This document shows, in pieces, positions 36,801 to 46,879 of a DNA stretch of 64,000 bases. The notes under the pieces were generated by a model. The model worked only from the letters and a program-made list of their open reading frames with translations. It was not told the DNA's origin and searched no databases. This stretch comes from Cyanobacteria bacterium auto_48_18. Lineage in GTDB: Bacteria; Cyanobacteriota; Vampirovibrionia; Obscuribacterales; Obscuribacteraceae. The stretch lies in contig JAVHQC010000033.1 of NCBI GenBank assembly GCA_036170915.1, positions 224,001 through 288,000 of the forward strand, written 5' to 3'. The translations under genes were made by a program, and so were the position numbers. The first letter of the stretch is position 1, and each line of letters opens with the position of its first letter.

Positions 36801-38867
36801 ATGTATCGTCCGAAGAAATACGTACGTCTCGAGCCTCTGTCGCGTACACCAAGACTGGCCGATATTCGCAATCTTCTTGAAGAAGGGCGCAAGTCGCGTT
36901 CGTGTACCATCGAGCAGCCCTGGAAATCTGAAAAGATGAAACTCGCCTTCAGTTTGACTGTGCGGGTAGAACTGGGTAGTACCAGCGAGCCAATCTGGAC
37001 GCTCTATGAAGGTGAAGGTAATAAATCGCGGGTCATGTGGAGTACCGGATTCGGCGATGTAGAGCTGCTCTATGACGTGCTTACATTGTCATTGCCGTCT
37101 GATGGGCCAAATATTTTTGATCCTAATTCGAGGCCTTCAAATTATGCGCCCACGGGCAGTACAACTAGCTCGCGCAGCGGTCAGCTCTTTAATCAGGCTG
37201 AAGAAGCCGTAGCCGAAAGTCAAAGTTTCAGCGCCAATAGCAGCTCAACATCAATGCCGGCGTTATCGAATAATGCAGGCGAACGACCCGCTTCTTTTTA
37301 TGAGTCTGGAGTTCATGCAGCCAACGCCAGCGATGCGTCTACAGCGTCGGGTTCGTACCCGCCTCATCTGGTCGAGAGTGAATTCTTTATTGCCGACCAA
37401 CCGACTGCTTTTGATAAACAGCAGCGCGAAAGTAAGATGCGCACCTCTGAATTCATGATCGAACCGACCAATGTCTCCATTGAGGTTGGCCAAGCACGCA
37501 CTGAAAGTCAGATGACTCCTCCAGCACACCCTGACATTGCCAGCCAGTTTCTATCTCAAGAAATTGCTATACCAACCCAATATTTCGAACAGCAAGCTGC
37601 TCAGCAACAAGCTAGTTCCCAGTCTGCACAGGCTTATCCGCCTGGTGGCCAGCCGCTTCCCCCAGGCCTACCCAGTCAAACTGGTCAACATCCAGTAAGC
37701 CAGCCTCCACCTGGTTATGCCTATCCACCTGGCTACAATTATCCACCGGTTCCCGGTCAACCTTATCCGCCGCAACCACCCTATCCTGTGCCAGTGCCAC
37801 CAGGTTATGTCTATCCACCAGGTTATCCGCCAGCAAATTACCCACCGGCAAATTATCCGCCTGGTTACGGTTACCCTCCAGGCTATCCATATCCTGCTCC
37901 CGCTTCCACTGTGCCTCTAAACTACGGCCCAGGTGGTGTGACGCCTCCAGATCCGTATGCTAATAATTTGATGATGCCCAATCCGGAGCTCATGAATAAG
38001 CGGCCTATGGTCATGCTAGGCACTTTCCTGGTTGAAGCTGGCCTTGTACCTAAAACCACTATTGATGCCGCTTTACAGGTGCAAACTCTGGTTAGTCAGG
38101 GTACACTATCGGCAATGAAAGCAGCTGAAGCCGTGCGTCGCGCGCACCAGCGTGGTGGCTTTGTCGAGCCTGAGAATATTCAATCAACTGTTCCTCCCAA
38201 CGACTCTGTGGTGCGTGTAAAACCCCAGCTAGGTCAGGTTCTTGTCATGGCAGGTATTATTTCAGCTGCTCAATTGAAAGCTGGTTTACGCATGCAAGAT
38301 GCAATGCGCACTGGCGCACTGACTATGGAACAGGCAGTCACTACTTTGCATAATGAATTAGGCAATGAAGCTAAGCCGAAAGTGTCGGAGCCTAACGAAG
38401 CTGACAATATTCAAGCGCGCAGTCAAACTCGCAGCCAGACGGGCTCAGGTCAAAGCGCAAGTCAGTCTACAAGCCAATCTAAAAGCCAAGCTACAAGCCA
38501 GTCTATCAGCCAGACTATGAGTCAAGCGATCAGTCAAACAAACTCGGTACCTGCCGAAGTCGAAGAACCAGATTCAGAAGAAGTGAAGAAGGCACTGACT
38601 TTGCTTACGCAAGTTGGACTGCTTACCGAAACTGATCTAGAAGCTGCCAGTCGCGTGCGCACCACCCGTGGTGGTGAGCTGACCAGAATATTAATGGCTG
38701 CGGGCAAGTTGGATAAACTGACTATCGAGGCGGCCACAGCATGTCAGCGTTATATTGACGGCGGCCAGTTGCGCGCAGATCAGGCCATAATGGCACTTCT
38801 GTATTGTCAGCGCATGCGCGTGCCATTTGAAGAAGCAACTAGCGAACTCAATTTAGATACTAAATAG
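36801..38867 (+). CDS. unrecognised N-terminal domain, PPGY-rich disordered linker and MshEN-like repeats (paralogue of 27607-29190)
   Basis: MLGTFLVEAGLV, QLGQVLVMAGII, terminal YCQRMRVPFEEA. The ORF track ends at 38867. Confidence 0.8.
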   Translation: MYRPKKYVRLEPLSRTPRLADIRNLLEEGRKSRSCTIEQPWKSEKMKLAFSLTVRVELGSTSEPIWTLYEGEGNKSRVMWSTGFGDVELLYDVLTLSLPSDGPNIFDPNSRPSNYAPTGSTTSSRSGQLFNQAEEAVAESQSFSANSSSTSMPALSNNAGERPASFYESGVHAANASDASTASGSYPPHLVESEFFIADQPTAFDKQQRESKMRTSEFMIEPTNVSIEVGQARTESQMTPPAHPDIASQFLSQEIAIPTQYFEQQAAQQQASSQSAQAYPPGGQPLPPGLPSQTGQHPVSQPPPGYAYPPGYNYPPVPGQPYPPQPPYPVPVPPGYVYPPGYPPANYPPANYPPGYGYPPGYPYPAPASTVPLNYGPGGVTPPDPYANNLMMPNPELMNKRPMVMLGTFLVEAGLVPKTTIDAALQVQTLVSQGTLSAMKAAEAVRRAHQRGGFVEPENIQSTVPPNDSVVRVKPQLGQVLVMAGIISAAQLKAGLRMQDAMRTGALTMEQAVTTLHNELGNEAKPKVSEPNEADNIQARSQTRSQTGSGQSASQSTSQSKSQATSQSISQTMSQAISQTNSVPAEVEEPDSEEVKKALTLLTQVGLLTETDLEAASRVRTTRGGELTRILMAAGKLDKLTIEAATACQRYIDGGQLRADQAIMALLYCQRMRVPFEEATSELNLDTK

Positions 38868-39733
38868 TGCCTGACGCCTTTGATAAAGTAGTTTTATTTG
38901 GAGTGGGACAGACTGCCCTTGCGGTGCTATCTGCCCTGAAATCTACACCTTCTGCTGCAGGCCTTGAAATATGGGGCACAACCAGAGCGCATTCAGGTGA
39001 CGCACTGCAAGCCCTGGGTGTGAAACCAATTTTGCTTAATGTCACAGGCGACGATGGGGCCGCCAGTATGAAACTACTCAAAGAGGCCTGTGCTGACGCC
39101 TGCGTGCTAATTTCCTTTCCACCAGACGAGCAGTCAGAACATTTTTTCTTTGATACTATTAGTGGTGCTCGCAAAATCATTTATATTTCTTCGACCGGAG
39201 TGTATGGCTCGCTCACTGGTGTAATTGACGAAGATAGTCCTGTTGATCATAGCCAGCCGAGAGTGCAAGACAGGTTGAAAGCTGAAGCTCTCTGGCGCAG
39301 TGCCGGCGCCACAATTTTACGGGCTGCGGCTTTGTACGGCCCCCAGTCAGGTTTGCACAAAAGACTTCAGTCAGGCACATATCGACTGCCTGGCGACGGC
39401 AGCAATTTTGTCTCTCGCATTCATTTAGACGATCTTGCTGCAATTATTCTGGCGATTTTCAACAACAATTCTGAGCAAGGGCAGGGGGGGCGTATATATG
39501 TTGTCGCCGACCTGAAACCCGCCACTCATATTGAAGTAGTTACCTGGTTGTGCGAGAAACTAAATTTGCCCCTTCCACCATCGGCCTCTCTAACAGAAGT
39601 CAATGCCAGCTTAACGGGCAATCGCCGCATCAATTCCACTCGGGTGTTGAGTGATTTTGGCATCAAACTCACCTATCCGACATATGTCGAAGGATTTAGT
39701 CAGTGTCTTGCTGGAGTGCAATCTCAGGGCTAA
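38867..39733 (+). CDS. atypical SDR / NAD-dependent epimerase (YeeZ-like)
   Basis: FGVGQT, GTTR, YISSTGVYG, LRAAALYGP, SRIHLDDLA, YPTYVEG. Confidence 0.87.
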   Translation: MPDAFDKVVLFGVGQTALAVLSALKSTPSAAGLEIWGTTRAHSGDALQALGVKPILLNVTGDDGAASMKLLKEACADACVLISFPPDEQSEHFFFDTISGARKIIYISSTGVYGSLTGVIDEDSPVDHSQPRVQDRLKAEALWRSAGATILRAAALYGPQSGLHKRLQSGTYRLPGDGSNFVSRIHLDDLAAIILAIFNNNSEQGQGGRIYVVADLKPATHIEVVTWLCEKLNLPLPPSASLTEVNASLTGNRRINSTRVLSDFGIKLTYPTYVEGFSQCLAGVQSQG

Positions 39734-39742
39734 TTTAAGTAG

Positions 39743-41218
39743 CTAGCCGATGCGTCGCTTGCGGCAGTGAAATGGAAATTCAAAAGTGGTATTGCCCACT
39801 ACTACCTGCACGCAAACATCTTCGTCGCGGGGGTAAATGTAGAAGATCTCACCGGTGCGTGACTCTAAAGGCTCTAATGATATTGTAGTCAAACCTGCGT
39901 GCCGGGCTTGCTCATCGCGTACCAGGCCGGTATCGGTAGCGGTATCATCGTCTTCATTGCGATTGAAAATATTTTCCCTTGATGGATATACCGAAACTCT
40001 AGTTGGCACCGAATGTGATACCCCGGCCCACTCGCCCCAGACGCCGAAAACATTAGGTCCGCGAAAGAGATCGTGACCCTCAGCGGGCACTAGACCCCTG
40101 AAATTACGGGTCTTTTGAATATTGGCCAACCACGGTCGGTCCTGGGTTAGGTCCCACATATTGCGTTCTCGACGAATGCGGTCGATGATTTTGTGATCTA
40201 CATATGTCAACGGTGAGTTCAGTCTGATGCGACCGGAAGTTACGTCATTGGTGCTATGAAATGTTTGAATGCCACCAAGGCCTACAGATCTGCGATGGTC
40301 GTCTAAATTGGTTACGCACACTAGCACTCCCGCCAGTTCCCACAAATCTATCACCGTTACCGCTACTCTTACATTATTGGCGGTGATATAGCGCAAAGGA
40401 AATTCATTGTCGATAATCTCGTGAGAGCGCGGTGATCCAGGCTCCCAGCTGAACTTAACTTCGCCCGATAAAGAAGAAGGCTGATCGGCGCTAGAGAGTG
40501 CTTCTTTTAATTGGCAACTTTTCTCGAACAATTTCTGGGCGGTTTTGGTGCTACCGATTTTACGGAAAAATAATGCTTCCAGTCGCAGTTCCTCTGCCAG
40601 ATCTTGTTCTTTGTATCCCGGTTGTTCTGTTAGCGCCGTGCGCGCCTTTAAGAAATATTCTTTGGCGTCTTCGTTAAATCCTTGAGCCGCGAGAGCTCGA
40701 GCTAATCTTGAGAAGGTTAGGCCCCGTGCGGTTTCGTTGCCGCCTTCGGCTTTGCCTTTGCTTATTTTCTCTAAAATTTCTGAGGCGTCTCTTGCGTGCT
40801 GCTCTGCCAATTTGTCTTTATTTAAAGCCAACTCCGCTTCTGCCAATTCAGAATATGCATTGGCCACTTCTGCACTGCTCTTGCCGTATTCAGCGCTCAA
40901 TGCTCTGACTAAATTGTTGAGAGTTTCAAAAGCTTTTTGCGGTTTGCCCATGCGATTGAAAAGAAAACCTTGCAAATACCGCGATTGCAAATAGCGACTG
41001 CGCTCTGAAGTGGCTTGATTGGCCTCATGCAATGCCGCTGTGTTAAATTCGAATGCGTTTTGCCAGCGGCGCATTTCTACAGCTTTCAAAACTTCGTTGT
41101 GACAGCGCAAGTAGTGATCGTTGCGATGACTTTGCGAGTAAGCTGGTGGTGTCAAAGAGACAGAGCAACACAAGGTAACTGCAAAAATAAGCAAAGAGAG
41201 TGGCGAAAACTTATTCAC
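39743..41218 (-). CDS. secreted protein with N-terminal TPRs and unknown C-terminal domain
   Basis: Signal peptide and TPR-like helices. GTG 41218 overlaps the lemA stop; the ORF track starts at 41236. Confidence 0.75.
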   Translation of the reverse strand: MNKFSPLSLLIFAVTLCCSVSLTPPAYSQSHRNDHYLRCHNEVLKAVEMRRWQNAFEFNTAALHEANQATSERSRYLQSRYLQGFLFNRMGKPQKAFETLNNLVRALSAEYGKSSAEVANAYSELAEAELALNKDKLAEQHARDASEILEKISKGKAEGGNETARGLTFSRLARALAAQGFNEDAKEYFLKARTALTEQPGYKEQDLAEELRLEALFFRKIGSTKTAQKLFEKSCQLKEALSSADQPSSLSGEVKFSWEPGSPRSHEIIDNEFPLRYITANNVRVAVTVIDLWELAGVLVCVTNLDDHRRSVGLGGIQTFHSTNDVTSGRIRLNSPLTYVDHKIIDRIRRERNMWDLTQDRPWLANIQKTRNFRGLVPAEGHDLFRGPNVFGVWGEWAGVSHSVPTRVSVYPSRENIFNRNEDDDTATDTGLVRDEQARHAGLTTISLEPLESRTGEIFYIYPRDEDVCVQVVVGNTTFEFPFHCRKRRIG

Positions 41219-41843
41219 GTTCTTTGACTTTTTCACCGCTCTTCAAATTAATGGTGCCACCATTTTCGGTAGCAGATGATGATGCTGGTTTGTTGAAAGA
41301 AACTTTCACTGGTTCAAAAGCGTCGGCATTGTCGATACCGAAATAAGTTTCGCCTCTAAAGCCCATTGCTGGAGCCAAGAGGCATGATGGGAATGACTCG
41401 ATGGCAGTGTTCATTTCGCGCACATTGGCATTATAAAAACGACGAGCTTGTGAGATTCGAGTTTCAGTTTCGCCTAATTCAGTTTGCAATTGATTGAAAT
41501 TTTGATTAGCTTTCAAATCTGGATAAGCTTCAGAAAGTGCCATCAATTTGCCCAGCGCTCCACTTAACTGTGTCGAGGCCTGCGCCAGAGACTCCGGGCT
41601 GCCGCCACTCATGCCTTGATTGCGAGCGGCAATCACTGCTTCAAGCGTACTGCTCTCGTGTGTTGCATAACCTTGAACTGTTTCAACCAAATTGGGAATC
41701 AAATCAAAGCGCCGTCTCAATTCGGTTTCAATAGCTGACCAACTTTCGCGCACATTTTGTCGCAGCTTCACCAGGCCGTTGTACAAACCGATGGCATAGA
41801 TGAGCAACAATGCCACCACGCCAAGCACAATCCACGTTGTCAT
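41211..41843 (-). CDS. lemA: LemA family protein
   Basis: N-terminal TM, YNGLV, WSAIETELRRRFDLIPNLVETVQGY, EAYPDLKANQNF, ARRFYN. Confidence 0.95.
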   Translation of the reverse strand: MTTWIVLGVVALLLIYAIGLYNGLVKLRQNVRESWSAIETELRRRFDLIPNLVETVQGYATHESSTLEAVIAARNQGMSGGSPESLAQASTQLSGALGKLMALSEAYPDLKANQNFNQLQTELGETETRISQARRFYNANVREMNTAIESFPSCLLAPAMGFRGETYFGIDNADAFEPVKVSFNKPASSSATENGGTINLKSGEKVKERE

Positions 41844-41960
41844 AAAGTATCCTCTTGATAAAGCCCGGGGAGCCTCTTGGAATTTATGGACCTAACTCCG
41901 TCTATAATAGCCATATCTCTATCTGAGTTTACCCGAGTTTAGCTGAGTGATGGGTGTGTA

Positions 41961-43811
41961 GTGCGGCGAAGATCTGCGTTTGATGCGATGCTTCGCTCTT
42001 TGGCGCCCCAAATGCTCTTGATTTTGCTTTCTGTGCTCCCCTTTTATCCGTGGCAATGCGCTCAGGCAGAGCGAATCAAAGATTTTCAAGTCGACCTTAC
42101 CTTGGCCAAGGACGGATTACTAACCGTCACTGAAACAATTAAATATGATTTTGAAAAAGCACATAGGCACGGAATATACAGGCGTATTCCCATGCAGTAC
42201 CGCCGACAGGGCGCAATTTACGATCTGATTCTAAATACTCAGTCAGTGACAGATTTGCAGGGTCACAAGCTTTTGTACACAAGCAAGCGTATGGAAGGAG
42301 TGACTAATATTCAAATTGGCGATCCTCGGGTGCTGCTCACAGGGCAGCATAACTATCGCATCAAATATGATGTGCGCCGGGCAGTCAACATTTTTAGCAA
42401 TGGGCCGGAGCTTTATTGGAATTGTGTGGGCAGCGAGTGGCCATGCCCGATTGACCATGTCAGAATCGTTTTTCACCCGCCGGCCGGCACCAAACTAAGT
42501 AAAGAACGCAGCACAAATTTTCTGGGATACTTCGGTGCTAGAACGCACGGTCAACAGGCCATTGTGGGCAACGCTCTTGTTTACAATGCCAGTCGCCTGG
42601 GGCCAGGGCAAGACTTTACCATTGTTGTCGGCATGCCAAAGGGCAGCGTGGTGCTACCTACTTTATTTCAATCTTTTGTACAGTCGCTTTTGTTCTGGCG
42701 TGTGGGAATTTTGATACCAGCAGCCACGCTGGCAGTTTTATGTTCGCTCTGGTTTATTTACGGTCGCGACAGTCTTAATTTACAGGGCGTAGGCGTCGAG
42801 TGGAAACCGCCTGCGGAGCTCACTCCTGCTGAAGTGGGCACATTGGTGGATGAGCATTGCGACAACTCTGATGTTACGGCAACATTGCTGGATCTGGCTG
42901 CCCGCGGCTATTTGATTATTACTCAAGTGCCGTTCAATGGTTTAATCGGAGTCGACAATAAAGACTATAAATTTAAAAAGGCTGCTAGCCCAGACCCTGA
43001 GCGTCTCAAGCCCCATGAATTAATGGTGCTTTCCAGTTTGTTTGTAAGTAATGACGTCACTTATTTATCAGCGCTACGCGGTCATTATCGTGAGTATATC
43101 GAGACTATGCGCACCATGATTTATCAATCACTGGTGAAAGAAAAATATTTTGCTCGCATGCCCAAAGATGATCGCGATTACTATTTAATTGTTGGTGCAA
43201 TGATTTTAGGCACAGGTGCAATGCTTGCCGCAGCTGGATTTACGGCCGGTGATATCTATAAAAATTATGGTCTTGGTATCGGACTTTCTGGTTTGCTAAT
43301 TATGATTGCCAGCAACTCTATGCCAAAGCGCACCGCCAAAGGTGTCAAGGCTTTGCGTCAATGTCTGGCCTTTAAACGTTTCGTCAACATGGCAGAAAAG
43401 TCGCGCTTAGAAATTTTAGCGAGAGAAGATCCGACCATATTTGGGCGGCTTTTACCGTACGCTTCCGTACTTGGTTGCGCCGAAAAATGGGCATTTGCAT
43501 TCAAAGACTTACTGGACGAACCACCTGATTTTTACCGGGTTACCGGCCGTGATCCAAATTTGGTCTGGAACTCGCAAAACTTTACTTATGATTTGTGCCG
43601 CAGTCTTTATACAATTGATTCGTCATTTGACAGCAAACCCTTGCCTTCGTTCAACATGAACAGCTCAGGTACATCTTCAGGTTTTGGTTCAGGCTTTGGT
43701 TCAGGCTTTGGTTCAGGCTTTGGCGGCGGAGCTGGAGGCGGAGCGAGTGGCTTTGGCTCAGGTGGGGGTTCAGGTGGTGGATTTGGTGGCGGCGGTGGTG
43801 GATCCTGGTAA
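41961..43811 (+). CDS. DUF2207 domain membrane protein (second copy)
   Basis: RHGIYR, ELYWN, PPAELTPAEVG, DLAARGYL, FGRLLPYA, GGGGGSW; divergent from lemA. Confidence 0.9.
   Translation: MRRRSAFDAMLRSLAPQMLLILLSVLPFYPWQCAQAERIKDFQVDLTLAKDGLLTVTETIKYDFEKAHRHGIYRRIPMQYRRQGAIYDLILNTQSVTDLQGHKLLYTSKRMEGVTNIQIGDPRVLLTGQHNYRIKYDVRRAVNIFSNGPELYWNCVGSEWPCPIDHVRIVFHPPAGTKLSKERSTNFLGYFGARTHGQQAIVGNALVYNASRLGPGQDFTIVVGMPKGSVVLPTLFQSFVQSLLFWRVGILIPAATLAVLCSLWFIYGRDSLNLQGVGVEWKPPAELTPAEVGTLVDEHCDNSDVTATLLDLAARGYLIITQVPFNGLIGVDNKDYKFKKAASPDPERLKPHELMVLSSLFVSNDVTYLSALRGHYREYIETMRTMIYQSLVKEKYFARMPKDDRDYYLIVGAMILGTGAMLAAAGFTAGDIYKNYGLGIGLSGLLIMIASNSMPKRTAKGVKALRQCLAFKRFVNMAEKSRLEILAREDPTIFGRLLPYASVLGCAEKWAFAFKDLLDEPPDFYRVTGRDPNLVWNSQNFTYDLCRSLYTIDSSFDSKPLPSFNMNSSGTSSGFGSGFGSGFGSGFGGGAGGGASGFGSGGGSGGGFGGGGGGSW
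43676..43723 (+). repeat. 12-bp coding tandem repeat x4 encoding SGFG
   Basis: TTCAGG(C/T)TTTGG x4. Confidence 0.9.
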
Positions 43812-43913
43812 AGTGGAAGTAGCGCTGTAATTAAAGCGAAGGACATCGGCTAATTTTTTAACTTAGTCAGTAAAGCCTATAATTCAGATTCTGCAAGCAA
43901 ATCGTTCGAGAGT

Positions 43914-44987
43914 GTGGCTGCTATTGTGAAAAATTCAAGCAAATTTGTTTTTCAGCTATGCTGCTTGCTCGCAGCTTTTGCTTTGCAAGGCGGGCTTCTA
44001 GATACAGAGCTGGCTTTACCTGCTGATGCCGCTTCAAGTAACGAGGCTTCAGGCAAAGACAGCTCCATCAAGGCGCACTCCGCTCAAGCTGGCGGCGCCG
44101 CAAGAAAGTCTGGCGCTTCTGCTCGCGGCAAACGTCGTGCTCGAAAAGTAAGACGTGCTGCCACTTCAGGTATTGCTTCCACCAAATTGATTCCACTTTC
44201 GCCGCAAGTAGATTCGCTCACTCCGGCGGTCAAAGTCAGCGATAGAGCAACTCTAGACATGCTGCGCTTTGGTGCGCTCAGGCATGCGCAGGGCCAATTT
44301 GATGAAGCTGAAACCACTTTCAGGCAAGTGCTTGCCAGAGATTCAAGCAATGTAGATGCTTTTTATAATCTCGGTTCTCTGGCTGAACGTCGCGGTGACC
44401 TAATTGCGGCGCTGAGCCACTATCGAGCGGCCCAGGCGCTAAAACCAAATGATCATCAAATTGGTGACGCCGTACACTCTGTTGAAAAAACTCTGCGTAG
44501 TGCACCATATTCCCATAACTATCTGCATCCTTCTCATACTGCTCATGCGTTACCTGTATCTGTTCCTGTTTCTGCATCTGTACCTATATCTGTATCAGGC
44601 GAGCCGCTTGCTCAGGTCAATCAATTTCCCTATCCCCCTCTGGCACCCACAGTCTCGCGCGATGATGGCAGAAGCGGTAGCGATCAGTATCCGGTGTTAA
44701 GCGCCCTTAGTGCGCCCGACCCTGTGCCGTCAGTTACTGGAGGGCCTGGCAGTCCTGGAACTTTCCAGCTTAGTTCTTCAAAGAACGCCGCTCTGGCCCC
44801 TACTCTTGGAGTAGTTCCGGCAACTGGCACGGCTATGCCCTCGGCACCGGTGGTTGGGGTTAAACCTAAAAGTCACCCTATCGCAAGAGCCGCCCTCAAT
44901 GGTGCTCTCAATACTGGTGCATCTATGGGACTGCGAGCTGTGGGCCTGCATTGCCCTGTCTGTCATTTTTTGCGATTCAATTTTTAG
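43914..44987 (+). CDS. secreted TPR protein with Pro/Ser-rich linker and C-terminal HCPVCH
   Basis: Signal-like N-terminus; TPR GQFDEAETTFRQVL...DAFYNLGSLAE. Confidence 0.75.
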   Translation: MAAIVKNSSKFVFQLCCLLAAFALQGGLLDTELALPADAASSNEASGKDSSIKAHSAQAGGAARKSGASARGKRRARKVRRAATSGIASTKLIPLSPQVDSLTPAVKVSDRATLDMLRFGALRHAQGQFDEAETTFRQVLARDSSNVDAFYNLGSLAERRGDLIAALSHYRAAQALKPNDHQIGDAVHSVEKTLRSAPYSHNYLHPSHTAHALPVSVPVSASVPISVSGEPLAQVNQFPYPPLAPTVSRDDGRSGSDQYPVLSALSAPDPVPSVTGGPGSPGTFQLSSSKNAALAPTLGVVPATGTAMPSAPVVGVKPKSHPIARAALNGALNTGASMGLRAVGLHCPVCHFLRFNF

Positions 44988-45365
44988 ATGGCAGTCTTCA
45001 AGTTTAAGTGTTTTACTGGTGCAGCGCTGGCATGCTTGATTGCTATCGCAGGTCAAAGTCAGTTGTGTCAGGCGCAGGAAATTCGCATTGCCCGCCCTGA
45101 TGCGCCAGGTAAGTCGACAGAGGTACAAGCTGATTGTTGCGGGCCTGCTGAGCATAATGAGCTTAATTCAGGCAGCAGCGCCCTTCGCTGGCCAGGGTCA
45201 ATTGTAGATTTTCACAGCCACTGGCAACTTCGTTATGTACAACCGGTGTTCTGCCCAATGGTCACTTGTATGAGTTCTTGTGGAAACTATGCTGACGCCT
45301 GTGTGCTCGATTCGACTGCGGTAGTGGTAAATAAGAAGCACGGCTGTGCGAGCGCGTGCAAGTAG
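44988..45365 (+). CDS. small secreted Cys-rich hypothetical protein
   Basis: ATG directly after the upstream TAG; signal peptide; 8 Cys in the predicted mature part. Confidence 0.6.
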   Translation: MAVFKFKCFTGAALACLIAIAGQSQLCQAQEIRIARPDAPGKSTEVQADCCGPAEHNELNSGSSALRWPGSIVDFHSHWQLRYVQPVFCPMVTCMSSCGNYADACVLDSTAVVVNKKHGCASACK

Positions 45366-45440
45366 TTTGAGCTGACGGAGCTGTCTTATACTTATGCAGC
45401 GGTTGTGTCATGATAACCGTGACAGATTTAGGGAAAAATC

Positions 45441-46061
45441 GTGAATTTTCTTGAAACTCCATTGCCTTTAGCCGAGCACAAAACTACCCAGGGCGTGGTC
45501 AAATTTAGAGTTGCCACCCTGAGCGACATTGATCGCCTGGGCGAAACTTTTTTGGGATCTGACAATGAGCCGGCCGACGCCGAGCCCGCCACTGAAGAAT
45601 TTTTGGCATTGACGCGAAGATTTTTCAAGCATTTAATCAATGATGGGGCCGTGGCTATTATTGGTGAGAAAGATTCTGAAAGTGCTGGTTCTGAAATTGT
45701 TGGCCTTTCATTTGTGGATTTACTCGAGCGCCAGAAAGAAAAGACTCGCATTCGCTGCGATCGCCCCACAGGCATTATTGAGAGAGTGCGTTCAGTTATA
45801 GAAGGGCAAGGAGTGGGTCGCGCGCTGCTGACAAACTGCGAGGCATTGATTGTCAGAGCCGGCCTGGAAGCTGCTGAAATTGGAGTCAAGGCGACTAATC
45901 ACCGTGCGCGCAAAATCTATGAGCGCGCCGGGTATCAAATTGTTCTCAATGGCCATGTGGAAAGATTGCCTGATTTTGAAGGTTATTCAATTTTTCGCTA
46001 TGAGCCTCCTTCGCAAGTTATGTTTAAGTCGTTGGTGCCGGTGAAGCGCAAAAGTAAGTGA
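45441..46061 (+). CDS. GNAT family N-acetyltransferase
   Basis: EGQGVGRALL acetyl-CoA motif; NHRARKIYERAGY. Confidence 0.8.
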   Translation: MNFLETPLPLAEHKTTQGVVKFRVATLSDIDRLGETFLGSDNEPADAEPATEEFLALTRRFFKHLINDGAVAIIGEKDSESAGSEIVGLSFVDLLERQKEKTRIRCDRPTGIIERVRSVIEGQGVGRALLTNCEALIVRAGLEAAEIGVKATNHRARKIYERAGYQIVLNGHVERLPDFEGYSIFRYEPPSQVMFKSLVPVKRKSK

Positions 46062-46879
46062 AGAGATTGCACGATTTTGGGACATGGTGGCCGCTTGGTA
46101 GGCACTGGCAATTGCCGTATCCAAAACGCAGAGAAATTTTTGCATTTTTCTCTGCGTTTTGGACTTGCGCTTTTTTAACCGCGCCGTGCGCCGGTGCGCA
46201 AGATCTTGAAACTCAATCACAACGTCAGACATTCCAGGCAACGGTTGCCCCTGTGCCATTGACCTTGCAAGCCGGCGCCACTTTTCAAGAATCAAGCCTG
46301 CCGCCGCAAAACACAGGAAAGGGGTGGTATCGAATTCCATCATGGTTTGCCGGCTACTGGCATCGCCGCGAGATTGTAGAAAAGAATTTTGGCTTTCCTG
46401 ATCGCAGGCAAATTTCCCTGCGCGATATGAGACGCGGGTATCAAATGGATCGCCGGGGAGACATCTGGCATCCACGCAACGAGCCTTTTGTGGTTAGAGT
46501 TGACCACAAAGATACTTATGATCTGAATGACACATCTCAGATGAAACCACTTATGGTTAGCCCCGGATCAGTAGTCTTGGAAATCAGCGCTATGGGCATC
46601 AGAGTTGATAAAGCCACGGGCTTGATTATTTCAACTACTCAAAAAAGAGAAATTCATACTTTTAAGCCTGGGCGCAATCACACCATTGAGGCTGAATCAA
46701 CAGGTATGGGCTACGATCAGCACGGTAAGCCACTTTTGGCCAAGCCATTCCAAAAATTTTATACGGAATATTTAAAGGCACCGTTTAAGCCAATCAACAA
46801 TGAACTTGGCCGAGACTATCGCACCGATTTTTGCGATTATCTCGAAGCCACCGACCAGAGCGATTTATTACCCAGGTAG
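46058..46879 (+). CDS. secreted hypothetical protein (IPxW family paralogue)
   Basis: WYRIPSWFAGYW, GYQMDRRGDIWH, FCDYLEATDQSDLLP; GTGA overlap with the GNAT gene. Confidence 0.75.
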   Translation: MKRLHDFGTWWPLGRHWQLPYPKRREIFAFFSAFWTCAFLTAPCAGAQDLETQSQRQTFQATVAPVPLTLQAGATFQESSLPPQNTGKGWYRIPSWFAGYWHRREIVEKNFGFPDRRQISLRDMRRGYQMDRRGDIWHPRNEPFVVRVDHKDTYDLNDTSQMKPLMVSPGSVVLEISAMGIRVDKATGLIISTTQKREIHTFKPGRNHTIEAESTGMGYDQHGKPLLAKPFQKFYTEYLKAPFKPINNELGRDYRTDFCDYLEATDQSDLLPR

